A DNA stretch of 20,000 nucleotides from Seison nebaliae (GCA_023231475.1 JALJEE010001389.1:51737-71736); one strand, 5' to 3'. Shown: positions 1-14,610, counted from the first letter of the stretch. Made by a program: numbers and translations. The notes: generated by a model from the sequence alone, not told the origin.

Positions 1-2
1 AT

Positions 3-3000
3 CGTGATGGATATTCGAGTATTGTTAAAGTGAAATGTTCAAATATTAATATACAAACAGATTTGATGTTTACATCTCTTCTTCAAGCGAAATCATTCCA
101 ATTCTTCAATCGATCACATTATGGACGTGAATGGAATTCTCCTCAATTTATGGAATTCTATTTTGATGGTGAATATGTTATTGCTGATTTATTAATGAAA
201 CATATCGATTATTTTACTTTGATGATCGACGATTTTGCTGGAAATGGAAGTCGATCGTTAGAGAAATTCATTTCTTGCCAATATGAATTATATGTTTCTT
301 TTCGTCATTTCATTTGTAATTTATATACAAATGAATGGAATTGGATGGATTGTCGTCGTGATGTCTGTTCATCTACAATTAATAATGTCGTTGATGAGAC
401 GTTAAATTTATTCAAGAAACAAGAAACAAATTTACCGAAAGAACAAATTAATCATCTCCATCATCATCATCATCATCATCAGTATCAGATGGATCAAGAG
501 AATATGAAAGGAAAAGAAGGACGTTATCGTCGAAAGAGGAAAATGAAGAATTATTCTCATACTTATATCAATACGGAAAATTCGATAATAAGTGCATGTG
601 GAAATATGTTCGAGTTGAAAGTATCGTTTCCTTTCCAATCTTATAATCAACATTCCATCAAAGTTCCATTATTAATTCGTGGAAGTAACATTCTTGGACG
701 ATTCACCATTCCATTATCTAATCCATCATGTTCGACATTACGTATTGTACGAACGAATTTGAAACGACACACACCATTAGGTATCGAAAGTGATATCGAT
801 ACGAAAGGAATTTGGATAAATGAACCTGATCATGTCATCTGGTTTAATGTGTTACGTTGTCCCTTATTTCATGTATCGATCAATTTCAATTTTAATTTAT
901 TACCACTCTTCAATTTAAAACGAACATATTTGTCCTCATTCAAACAACTCGCCACACAACGTCTTCGTCATACATTGAATGGAATAAAAGACAAATCAAA
1001 ATTTACCGAATCATTAATCGATCAGAATCATTTTGCTTTCTTCTCCTCTCAACGTCTTCCATCTGATGATATCGATGTCACTATTGAAATATTCAATCCA
1101 TCTATTCTTCTTTATGGGAATCTGTTGAAACGGTTATGGTGTTTAAAAGAGAATTATGTGGGAGAGGATGTGGAAATTTTCGATATGAATCTTTTCATCA
1201 ATAAACAAAATGGGAAAACAAATCAACAATCACAACAATATTATCAGAAAGTAAAGAAGAGAAAACGAATGAATGAGGAAGATGGAGAAGAATTCCATCA
1301 TCAATTCCTTCCAACATCCGAAGAGACGTTGAATACATCATCATCTATTTTAGATATTTTCTGTCATTTATTCACACTCGTCTCATGCAAAATTGGTTGT
1401 GGGAAAAGACAAAGAGAAAATACGAAATTGGATCCTTTACTCACTGGTGAATCGGTAATGTCTGATGATACGAAACGTCGGAAATATGGTGAATATTTCC
1501 ATCATGAACTCTATCTCGATCATCTCACCGTTATCATTTCAACGTTATTGGAACGAGTGAATAATTTGAAAATTATTCGTTTCTTTTCATCGGGTGTGGC
1601 ACATATGAAAAAGTTGAGTAGAGAAATAAAAGGAAATTTATCGAAGAAATTTTCAAATTTCCATCAATTTTTCCATAATATCAATATATCCAATAATTTG
1701 ATATTGACACGATTTCATTTGAAGAAACATGATTCATTTAATCAATTATTTGATGCATCTCATTTACCAATCGATATTGATTCTACATTTCCTCTTTCTT
1801 ATCAACAACAATCGAATAATCGATCGAGAAATGATATGAATTGTTATTGTCGTTTCATTTTGACGTTGGAAGAGATGTGTTATCAGAATAGTCAATTATT
1901 GATTGGTGATTCATCACAATATCCAAATGGGAATGCATTAAAGAAACGAACTAATCGACAACATATTTTCCATCGTGCTGATTCTTCGATAAATGCAACA
2001 AGACATTGTAAATTGTCATTCATTATCAGTCGTGTCGATCTGTCGTTGAGAGAGTTCATGTCTTTCATCAACGAAAATCAGAAAGATGGAGGACGTGTTA
2101 ATGACAAAATAAATTTCCATCAATTATCTTCATGTGATTTGGATTGTAAATGGACATTCTTCTCTCGATTTCAATATTTCAAATTTTTCGCAATATCAAT
2201 GACAAGTCGGTTATCTCGAATTAATCAGCGTATACCAATACCATCATCACCAATAGATAACGATAATGGGAAAATAGCGTTCAAATCGAAGAGAATCGAA
2301 CGAATGAAAAAGAATCAAGTTCTCTTAAAAAAATTGAAACGTGATAAATATTATCATTTCCTTCATACACTTCTCGCTGAGAATAGTTTGAATGATTTTG
2401 ACGTTCGAGTATTTCGTTCAATGAATGTTCGTCTAATTCTTTCCATTAGTGACATCGACATTCATTTGGGAGAAGTTTGTTCATTCGAAGATTATTGTCC
2501 AATAGTCTTCTCAAATGAATTACTCTTCGAACTCGATAAGAATTATAAAGAGACACGTCTACAATTATTAGTATTACCAATTTCACTTCATGTCAATGAG
2601 AAAACGGCACAACCAATTCCATTTTATTCAAATTCCGAATCGGATAATATTCGAAAATTGAGAGATGGTTCATTCTCCAATACATCGTCATTGTCGTCGT
2701 TATCGTTAAATTGTGATAGTGAAGTATTGATGGAAGAAAACGATAAAATTGAGATATTAAATGACGGATTAATTTATTTGAAAAATGGTCTACAAGTTCG
2801 CGGTCATGCCATGTTCTCTGGTCGTTTTCGTGATTTGTGGATTAGTAACATTTTCGAATATTCGTGGATGATTGAAGTGATGGTGAGTGAGTTGATGGGA
2901 CATCTGAACATTTCACATATTCAACGACTTTATCAAATTATCGAATCGATTTATATCACACTTATTGAACCGGGGACGAAATTCCTCTCACCTCGAAATC

Positions 3001-5699
3001 TGTTGAAGGAATGCTTCGATGATAATTCGAAACATTTATTATCTACATCACCATTAAATGATACATCATTGAAATATCTAAGAGAACGATATTCGATAAT
3101 TAATAACGAGAATTTCAATGATGAAAACTTGAAATATTCAATGTTACGATTGACATTGGATCCGATCGATCTGATTCTATATGAGAACTCGTCTCTCATC
3201 TCATTGAAAACATCACCAATTTGTGTGTCATTATGTGATCTACATACGACGAATCATCGAAGTGGATTAAATGTTCGTCTCCCAACGATTAATATGAAAC
3301 AATTGATAAATATTCCATCCACCGATAATTGGTTGCTCGGAGCACAATTAGAATTTGGAGAAATGGTCCTCAATTCCATTATGCGGAAGAAAGAAGGAGA
3401 AAATGAGAATGATTTATGTCAAAAAGATTTCTTACGTTTCCATGACAACTGTCAGAAACAATTATCATTCTTATGGAAAGATAAGAAATTCATCGAATTA
3501 GATGATGATCAATTAATTCGATGTGGATGTATTGGTGGTACCAAATTTTGTGGGATTTTACCTGACGATTGGTTTTTTGTTAATTATCCAACAAATGATG
3601 AAGAACAATCAGAAGATGATTATTGTTATACATCCAATTCATCTTTCGCTACATCTTTACATTATCACAATAATTTTATTTATTCTTCTTATTCCATCAA
3701 TGATCCGATGGAGATTATTCATGTGGATCATTGGGAACATTTAGATGATCATCGATCACCTCCATTATCATCTAATCATGAACGGAAAACTTATTTATTA
3801 AATTATTGGAAGAATGATTCAGATCTTCGTTTTGGAAATTCGGATGAAACGAAATCAATGAATGACAACGATTTAATAAATGAACAAATTCGAAATGACT
3901 CAAATAATCAACAAACGATGACGACGCAAATGAATGAGAATTCCGTCGTTGTCGATTCTCCTACAATCGCTACAACTATTATTAGTGAGAGTGACACTTG
4001 CTCTACACGCACATTAAAAAACACTTCAGTTTCATCGAACATTGACGTGATTTCATTAGATTATGAATTGCAAGAAAATATCATTAGAACGGAATTGTTG
4101 AAGAAGGCTTATGGACGTCATTTGCCTGCATATCGATTATTAAATATTCCTCTAAATATCAATCGATTACCGATTCGATTTGATGAAATAATTATTCATA
4201 ATTATTCGATAGAGATGATGAAAAAAATGAAATATAAATTTCCATTAAATAATCGAGAGGAAACGGAAGGAAATAATGAAATGTTTTGTGGAAAGAGATT
4301 GAAAGAGAATTATTTCAGTTTCAATGATGAAACTACTACCATAATTAAAACAGAAAGAAATATTCGTTTATTATTGACACCATTAGCAATTGAGAGTTTA
4401 ACAAATTATATGAAAACTCATCTTCAACGATATCGTCCCTCACTCTCTTTCCTCACCATCATTCTCAATAAACTTCTTATCAAAGCTTATTCATCATCCA
4501 ATTCGAATTATGAATTGACTAATAATGAAAAGAATTATCAACATCATGATGAGAAGAAAGAATTGAATGATAATCGAATAAAATTATTTTTTCCACAAAT
4601 ATCATTCACTTGTCTCCAAACGGGATTGGCAGAAAGACAAATTACCATCGACAATAATCTCTCGCCTCACTCACAATTCGAATTACCGATGACATCGATT
4701 ATCGAAACAAATATCAATTCGATCGATATCGAATTATGTACGAAATCGATTGGGAATGAGAAATCGTTCTCGATTTTCACATATATCTCATCGATGAATG
4801 GAAATCTTTACAAATTGCCATTGGCAGCAAATGAATTCCAACCGAAATATTATAAATTGATAAAAGTATCGTCATTAAATAAGAATCATATTCGATCGAA
4901 TGATTTATTGGATCAATGTTTGTTAATGGCGAGATTTGAGATCGATAATATCAATTTTTCAATTCTGCGAGTTAGTAGTGAATCATTGATTAATAATCTC
5001 ATCAATCATCATGGAAATGAGAGAAATTCAATGAATCATTTGTTCAATGATGAACAATCGAAAATGAATTGTCAATTGAATATTAATGACATTCAATTGT
5101 TTGTACCAGAACCAATGGCGAGTGCAAAAGGACAAAAGAAGATTTCGTTCAATTGTCACGATTGGAATTTGTTAAGTGTTGTGGCTACTTGTGTTCAAGG
5201 TTGGCATACCACATTTGAACGATGTCGACCTGTCATGTTTCATCTGATTAATGCTTATCAATGTAAATTATTATCATCAATTGCTATCCTTTTAGCAACA
5301 TCATCAAATGCTCGACGATTAATTCGTCCGATGAAGAAATTGTCGAAATATGAATCGAAATATAAAACGACTTCAATCCCTTCAATCATATCGTCACAAC
5401 CTCCATCATCAAATGTATCAATTCATAATAAATCTTCCATTTCCTCTCAACAACAACAACAACAACAACAACATAATAATCGAAATAGAAATTATTCTAT
5501 TTCATCAAATTCTTCAATATCTTCTTCACTTTTAACAACAACTCATAATCATCATCATCATCATCATAAGAATAGGAAGAATTCGGAAAAAAATGAAAAA
5601 AAATTAAAGAAACAATTTTCAAATAATTTCATAAAAAAATTAGAGAAAACGAAATTGAAGAAAGCCAGATATCAAACATATCCAATTAACGTTGAACAT

Positions 5700-5730
<31 letters not shown>

Positions 5731-8700
5731 AACAAGAAGATAATGGAATAAATTTGACGAATGATCAGAAAATGGAAATAAATAAGAATTTAATTTTCTC
5801 CATCGATATGAATCCAACGTCGTCAGTTTTCGATTCGAAAGTATTCGAAAAACAAAAAGGAAAAGATTTATTAATAAATTTCATTCGGAAATTCGTTTAT
5901 GGTCGTTCTAATCAGTCGGATGAGATGTCCTTCTCTCACGAATATATTCAATGGACGAAATGTTCACCATTCGACGAATTATTGGAGGATATCTCCAAAT
6001 CGATGAGATCTTCTTTCGTTCTCAAAATACTTTTATCTTTCCAAAATCTTCTGGCAGATATGACAGATGAATCATTATTCATTCTATTACCAGATAATAT
6101 CAATTGTCAAATAAACGATCTCCATCATCAGAAGTATTCAGTGAAAACGTGTATGGAACAAGCATTCGATTATGCTGCTCATCAACAAATCGAATTAAAT
6201 ACAAGAAGTTTTTTGAATGAAGCCATCGCCACATTATGTCGAGATTGGTATTGTAAGTTCAGTGGTAGTCTCCACAAGTCTAATGGGAAGAGTAAATCAT
6301 TCGACAATAGAAATGGAACATCTATCAGGAGATTCAAGAAGAATTTCAATTCCATCAATCATAATCAGAATCGAAATAACAATATGGAAATGAAAGTGCG
6401 ACGAATTGTCACCGAACACGATTTGGCGGTTGATGGCGAATATGACGGCGATATCGATGACGAGATGATGGATACGCATACTAATAAAATTCGCGATGAT
6501 GGCGAGATCGATGGAAATGAGAAAGAGAAAACGGAAGAGAACACAATGAGAAATGAGGAAGGGACTGATTTGACCCTTCCACACGAATTCCATATACGTA
6601 ATAACGTTCTCAATCATAATAATAATAATAATATGGAAAATGATCGATATTTTGATAAAGAAAAATTTTGGGGAATGATCAATTGGATGAAGAAACATAT
6701 GAGAATGACGAAAAATCAGACATCAATAGATGAAGAACAATGTATTGATAGTTCAGGAAAGAAAGTTAATTTTTCTTTACAATCAACTAATCAACAACAA
6801 CAACAACAACAACAGAATGAGATGAATTCGATTACAATAAATGAGTATGATAGTCTTTTGGGTGAAAGAGAATGTGAAATAAATGATGATAAAGAGAAAT
6901 TAGAAGAGAAAATTAATCGATTAAAGATTGAAAATGAGAATTGTAGTGAACATTCGTCGACATCAGACGATATGAGTTGGTTGAATGATCTCCCTCAAAC
7001 AATGATCGAAACAGCTTTATTGGAAGCTAAAAATAGTTTTGAAGAACAAACAATTAATGAATTGAATAAAAACAATAACAATAATAATAATCATCATCAA
7101 GAACGGATTAAGAAGAAGATGATTGAGTTGAATGTTGGAAGACGAAATCGTCGAAAACGAAAAAAGATGAAAAAAGAAAATAATTCCATGTCTCTCATCA
7201 ATTCTTATTATAATGAAGTGAATATTGATGAGATTAAACAATATTTTCGACCTCTACTCGAATATACGGGAGTTCATTTAATGAGTGATTCAGAAATTTT
7301 GACACCGACACCTGTCATCAATATCGTCAGAAAGATTTTTGAGAAATTCGCTCATTTCACCTTTTTCACTTTATCGTCCAATCATGTCTCTCTCAAAATT
7401 GGGAAGACGGAAGATATCGTTTTTACGAGAGGATTTCAAATTCAATTGATTTTACGTGAAGATAAATTCTCTTCATCCAATTCCACCATCACATCACCCT
7501 CACATTTACCTACCATCAATCTAAAGAAATTTCATACAGATAAAAAAATAATGGCAATGTTAAATGATATGGAATCATCATATCATCCCAAACAACAACA
7601 ACAACAACAACAACAACAAACGGATGATATGATATCGATAGAGAATAATTTCAATGAAATTGGAGGATATATTCGAATTCGAATGAAAACAGTTGGAGTT
7701 CATGTTAATATCTCTTTATTGAGATTTATTCATCAACTTTACACACTCGTTCTCGAGACTATCGAAATCAGTTCAATGTTAAACTTATATGCATTGCGTC
7801 GATTACATCATCCACAAATCATGTCGCCGATGTCGTCGAATTTATTAATGGATTTGAATCTTCATTCGAAACGGAATTCTTTCGGAGGAATGAGTTCCAT
7901 CGTTAGTAATTCTAATCAAAAGAAATTCACTGATACACTCTCAAATCGCGAACAACCACTACAACAACAACAAGTATCATATTATCAACAACAATCATTA
8001 AATTATGATAAACGATCATTAGCTCGATCGTTGTCGAATGAGTCGTCACAACATTTCAATAAAATCTTCTCGAAAATTCGTCCGATGAAAAAGAGATTCA
8101 AGAAATTGTTTCGACGTTCTCGATCATTACATTCTCAAAATAAAAATGAGACGATTACTTTGGATAATTTGGATTATGGAGAGAATCAACATCTCAATAT
8201 TAACACGACAAACAATTATGAGAATTGTAAGAAATTAGCTGGTAAACAATTCCCATCACTCATGTCTAATCAATCGAATTATTATTCACCACATTATCGT
8301 CGTTATTTTCCCAATGTCTTCCCAATCGATCAAAAACAACAACAACCACCACAACCACAACCACAATCACAATCCGTACCATTATGTTGGAAGTTCGTTC
8401 ATCATTCCGTCGATAAACGACATGAATATTTATTATTCGAACGATATCGAGAACAACAACATCAACAACTCATCATTCAACAAATACGCGAACAGAAGAA
8501 TGAAAGGAAATTTAATGAAAAGAAAGAAATCGAACAACAACAACAACAACAGTCACAAGTTGATGGAAAGATGAATAAATCGACACCATATAAATCGAAT
8601 AATATTCATCTTCTCCAACAAACATCAATTCCAACTCTCTCACCACCACAACAACAACAACAGCAACAAGTGCCAGTAAGACCATCACATATCGAATTAT

Positions 8701-9065
8701 TGACGAATGATCCATTCTGTCAAACGAACAATAATAATGAGATAATAAATGAATCGACCGATATAGAACGACATTTAGGAGGTGGAATACCATTGACAAC
8801 AGGAATTAATTATCCGACGATGGTTAGCGATGTCATTTATCCACAAATGGCCACAAAGAAACAAGAGACGATGAATAACGGAGGAATAATGACGAAGAAT
8901 CAACAACTTTTTGAGAATGAAAAATCCATTTCATTATTCGCTCTACTCACCGTTCATGTTCACGAGTTCCAATTGAAGATATCGTTCGGAGGATTGTTGA
9001 TGTGTGGCGACTTACGTGACATTCAAATGACCTCATCAATTTCTAGGAAATCTGTTCCCACTTTA

Positions 9066-9106
<41 letters not shown>

Positions 9107-9989
9107 ACATACGAAGAATGAGACGAATAATGATCTTATTCATCATACGAATTGGAAATTGATGAAAAGTGAAAAGTTGACGAAGAGAAATAATGGAACG
9201 GCCACTGTCAATCCTAATCGGAATTCCTCTCAAACAATGCAAATTTATGAGAGTTCACTTTCGTGTCTGTTGTCAGAGGGAACATTAGATGTTCGAGAGA
9301 ATAGTGGCAATCGTCTATTGATGTGTAGTGTACGAATAAATAATATCATCTCATCCATCACCAGTCGATATCGGATCACACTCTCACAAAAATATTTCAT
9401 GATGATGATGAGGACGTGGTTGGAGAAGATAAATCGTTGTCGTCGATCGAAAAATAATCCTGGTCTTATTCTCTTGAACGTTCAATCACTTTTGATCGAT
9501 ATACCATTACAACCAGGAATTCTTCACAATATCGTTTATCGAACATCGAAGAAGATCGGTGTAACCGTTCAAGAATTCCTTCCAACAATGAATGATGATA
9601 TGACAAGTTCAGGTGGAAAACAGAAATCAAATGAGATACCAACAACTTCAACACCTGGTGCCAATCTTATTCCTCCCAATATTGTTACATCGACAATTCC
9701 ATCCGATATGGAAATAATAAATGAACCAAACAACAACAACAATAATAATAATAATAATAATTCAAATAATTTATTTGTAAATAATCTTGTTCGAAATTAT
9801 CATTCGTCAAATCATCATGGTTTAATTGATGATGATTCAGTTTATTCTCATACAAATCAATCAACACAATTATTAATTAACCAACAACAACAACAACAAC
9901 AACAACAACAACTGTTCCCTATATATTATAATAAGAATCATCAATCTTATCAATCGAACGATCTTTATTTAAATGATTATCAAAATATA

Positions 9990-10025
<36 letters not shown>

Positions 10026-10719
10026 TTGATGAATATGATGGATCGGAAGAATATTCCAAATAATTCTTGGCTCTATCACGACAATGAGAGGAATGCCGAA
10101 GTTGCTCAAATCGAATTATTCTCTTTTATTCCATTGAAATATCGATTTGTTTGTCATCTTCAAAAATTTAAAGTTTCTTCCGCTCTCTCATCATCACTTC
10201 ATACATATTATACGATAACATCATTGAATGCATTCGGATTCATTGACGAGAAACCGAATGTCAATCTTTATATTGAGAATCATTGTCTTGGATTCGATTA
10301 TGAGAAAGAAAGAATTCATTCAAATTCTACGAAACGAAGGAAACGAAAGAAGTCATCCAATCGATGTCCGTCCACAAGAAGGAAACGTAAACGAACTATT
10401 AAGGTAAGTACATTCGATCGAATCATCGCTACCAGTACCGGTAGTAATTCGAAAATAAATTCGATGTCTTCCTTCAAAAATCTCATAACTCAAAATAATA
10501 ATAATAACAACAACAACAATGACATTAATTTGAATATGTCTTCAAGTAAAAATATTTCATCGACTGCATCGATTCACACACCGTTCCATTTACCAGAAAT
10601 TCGATTTAATATTAATTTCGATTTTACACAATCCACTTTAGCAACAACCACAAATCAAACGACGAATTATCAATCAACAAAAACAAATCAACCATCATCA
10701 TCCTCTATCACTCATCGTC

Positions 10720-10752
<33 letters not shown>

Positions 10753-13700
10753 GCAACAATAATAACAGTAAAAATTCGTCAGGAATGAATTATTCGTTAC
10801 GATCTGAACCATGTCCAGCTCGAACATCGAAACGAACGAATATTAATGTGAAGACACATGTAAAGATGATGAAACAAGAATTGAATGCAGGAACAATTGC
10901 TCAATTGTTTTTTGTTCAACAAGTTCTCACCAAAGAGATCAATGATATATTCACACGAATGAGTGGTCGTCAAAAATTGGCGATGTATAACATTCAATCG
11001 AATCAGCCATCTCATTCAGAGCAGCAAACGAATGAAATTTTACATCATCTCATCTATCTTATAGATATTCAAATTGATGGAATTGAGATCACTTGTTTGA
11101 CTACCGATAATTTGGCAGCTCGTTTAGAAACGTCTCCTATTCAAATTAATTTAACTAATTTAATTAATCGTGAGAAGCAATATGTCATCTCCAAACCGAT
11201 AGTAGAGGCTGATCTCAATCTTCAACTTCATTTAGGTACTCTTATTTATAATGTTCTTTTTCCAGAAACTGTTCCTGATTTCTCATCACTCTCCTACTTT
11301 TCTACACGTATTCAATTCACGACAGCTGTCGAGAATACATCCATCGATAATTCGACTGATATTCAGAAATCACATCAATCAGTTGATCAATCAGAAGGAT
11401 TGAGTGACAATATGGGAATTGATTTAGATACGATGTCTGACGGAAATAATCGTGAAGCGATGTTTATTTCATTATATCGTCCAATCTTCTTCCTTCAACC
11501 AATGGCAATCGATAAAGCTATTCTCGTTTATGTTTCTTGTAAAAACGCTTATTCTCAATGGATATCTCAATTGAATTATACAAATAATGATTCCGTCCCA
11601 TTAACTACTACTAGCAATAGTACGAAAATGACGGTTATTGGCGAAGCGACAGATAACGAGATTGACAATGATAATACACAATCTTCTTCCAATTTCCCTT
11701 TGTCGAAATTAGAGAATGATGATTCGGATCAAATGAAAGATATTGAAATGTTGGACGAAGAACATTTGAGGAAAAATGATGACGATACGAAAGTTCCGAT
11801 GTCTTTTATGATTCAATTGAGTATCATCGATTTGGGTGTTGCAATTCCAGTCGATTCACAATATATTCAATCATTCGATACTCAAACTACTGATACTCTC
11901 GTTCTCACTTTGGAGAAGACAATAATTAATGCTTGTTCATTCGGTTCTATCGTTAGTCGTGGTCAATTCAACGGTTTATATGTTCGATTTGCTGATGAAT
12001 TTATGAGAACGTGGGATGATTGGAAACCGAATGAATTCAATCGTCCTGTCATGAATTCATGGGCGGTACCGACTGGTCGTTTCGATATTTGTTCAAAAAC
12101 CAACGTTCTTCAATTAACCGAACCGCCAACATGGCTCCTCACCGTCAAATGGTATATGGATGGAATTGATATCAATCTCGATACGAATATCGGGAAACGA
12201 TTAAATTCGTTAGGTAACACGATTACTCGAATAGCAACTGACACATTTTCCGCTCGTCATAATTCCACTTCATTCAACAATGAAATAATCGATAATCGAC
12301 ATTATTATCATTATTTTCATGATCGTAACAATCGCAATTTCCATCAACATCACCATCAACAACAAGAACAATATCGGAAGAATAATGACGATGAATATGG
12401 TATAGCTGATTATTATTATTATGAGAATTCGAGAAGGAAATTTTCAAAATTAATGGAAATTGATTATCAGAATTATCGATTTCAACGATCATATTCAGTC
12501 GATGAATCGATGGGGAAAAATTCAATTGAAACGAAAGATCGTCGTTCTTTATTGATTCGTCATAGACGACGATCTCATTCAATGTCGTCGATATTTCATT
12601 CATGTAATTTATATAATTTGGAGAAAGAGATTTATCGATCGATTAATCGATATCATTCATTATGTAATCAATATATTATTGATGAGTTATGTGAGAAGAG
12701 AGATGTGGAACATGAGAAGAGATTATTTCAAATTGTCCAAATGATTCGAATATTAGAATGGAAGTTTTTGAAGATATCAATCGATCCAAAATATTCACAT
12801 TATCTTCTCATTCTCTCCAAACAAATTCGTCAAATTGTCGACGATTTTTTCCATCATCATTTCTCTTTTATTCCTCTTCAAACTGACAAGAAACTTATCA
12901 TGGAAATGACAATTACTAATGATGATATGAATCATTTGATTCAACAACAACAACAACAACAACAACGATGTCCAATAAATCAGAATGAAAATAATCGATG
13001 TGAAAAAATATCAGAAAATTATTTCTCCGAATCAGATACAACGGAGAATGATGAGATGATGGAAAAGAAGAATTCATTATCGATTGTGGAGAATGAGAAA
13101 GAGAAGACAACATCAACATCATGGAATGAAAGTGAATTTCATATTGATATTCAACTCGATTTGAAACTTCATATTCATTTCGGTAAATGTGTCCTCCATC
13201 CTGACAATGTGTCATCGATGGATTCGACGACAGCACCACCTAACCAAAATAATAATAACAATAAAAATTTGATTGTTGGAAATGGAACGAATAAAATGAA
13301 AGAGATGAATGAAAAGAAGTTTTATGTGGAAGGTGATACGATGATCGATACAGCTGATTCGTTGAAGAATAGTCGTAACTCTATTATTTATCGATCACAT
13401 GCAATTATTGATCAATCGAGAAATATTCGTCATCAGAAGAAGATGAATGATCGATCGGATAAAAGAAAAACGATGAATAAAATATTGAATGATATGCACA
13501 AGACAATTCTCTTATTACCAGCGATTGATATTGAAGGATATTATTATTCTCATAATCGTCATCAATCTCAATTGAAGAAACGTGCCGATTTCTATGGTAT
13601 TGTCACAATTCAATCATTACCACAAGATCGATGTATTACTCCTTCACTCTTAGAATTCGTCGAACAATCATTGAGACCCATTCCATTATATGATAAAATG

Positions 13701-14610
13701 CACGTCTTCTCTCGTCAATCCAGTACATTCATTCCAACTAATTTCAATAATAGTAATAACAATCTCAATTCAAATGACAATGATGTCGACATTGACAATT
13801 ATTCTTCACATTCATCCATCTCTTCCAATTCCATCATTCAACAGTTCCCTGTCGATGTCATCGTTTATGTGAAAGTGAAAAAGTCGACAATATGTTTTTC
13901 ATGTGCACCTGTCTCCAAAATCGAATGTGCATTACAAATGCCTCAATTAGATCTCATATTTTCTACCAAACGTCAATTGACGAATTGTGAACAACTTTCA
14001 TCATCTTCTTCCACAACTCATTCTTCTTCTTCTTCTTCTTCTTCTTCCTCCTCCTCCAATAACATTCATTCCAATGAAGAGATTAGCACTTTCGCTAAAA
14101 AGTTCTCCGGTGATGAAACAACAAAGAAATTGTTAGACGAACATCGAACAAAGAAAACGAGCGGATTAAATTTCACGGGATTATTGACCGATTTCTCCCT
14201 TTGCATTTATCATCCATATACCGATCTACATGTAACAAGGGACACGTCTCTACCATTCAATCCGATACCGATCCATGATACGACATTGTCCTTCTCCTCT
14301 CAAAAGTTCGAACGGAGAAATTCACTTCAACTTAAAGTGGAATATGTCAATGTGAATATTAGTCGAAGTCGATCAATCGATGTGATGAATGTGGATGATC
14401 CACGACGATCATTCGATCAACCAACTACGGATAACAATACGAATATCATTCCATGTAATACTGTCAATATGTCGGTGATTGTCGATATCGGATCGGCTAA
14501 TTTCCATTATGATATGAGAAGATTGATGGAGATTTTGGCTTTTCCACGAGCTTGGTATCGTCGAGGACTCGCTCGTCTTTTGTTTCTCGGTGATTCAACA
14601 GCCGTTAATG
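3..14610 (+). CDS. BLTP1: BLTP1 (KIAA1109/tweek/lpd-3/Csf1 family) bridge-like lipid transfer protein; giant coding exon, 5'-partial
   Basis: The frame is open from nt 3 (RDGYSSIVKVKC...), so the GTG at 30 is not the true start. Recalled KIAA1109-like blocks occur in the expected order: YGREWNSPQ...NEWNWMDC, LKENYVGED, LFELDKNYKETRLQLLVLP, GLQVRGHAMFS..EYSWMIEV, LKYSMLR, CGCIGGTKF, LLLTPLAIESL, VNISLLRFIHQL, LFFVQQVLTKEINDIF, RPIFFLQPMAIDKA, RFADEFMRTWDDWKP, DTNIGKRLNSLGNT, GKCVLHP, DIGSANFHYDMRRLMEILAFPRAWYRR. Confidence 0.93.
459..479 (+). repeat. (CAT)7 coding microsatellite, polyHis
   Basis: Read directly; in frame with BLTP1. Confidence 0.9.
5448..5471 (+). repeat. (CAA)8 coding microsatellite, polyGln
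   Basis: Read directly. Confidence 0.9.
5700..5735 (+). repeat. CAA/CAG tract encoding Q12
   Basis: Read directly. Confidence 0.9.
9069..9104 (+). repeat. (AAT)12 coding microsatellite, polyAsn
   Basis: Read directly. Confidence 0.9.
9882..9911 (+). repeat. (CAA)10 coding microsatellite, polyGln
   Basis: Read directly. Confidence 0.9.
9990..10025 (+). repeat. (AAT)12 coding microsatellite, polyAsn
   Basis: Read directly. Confidence 0.9.
14022..14057 (+). repeat. (TCT)8(TCC)4 coding tract, polySer
   Basis: Read directly. Confidence 0.9.

Noticed and set aside
30..32. GTG start codon used by the ORF track
   Set aside because: The frame is open upstream to the window edge and family similarity continues there, so this is an internal Val.
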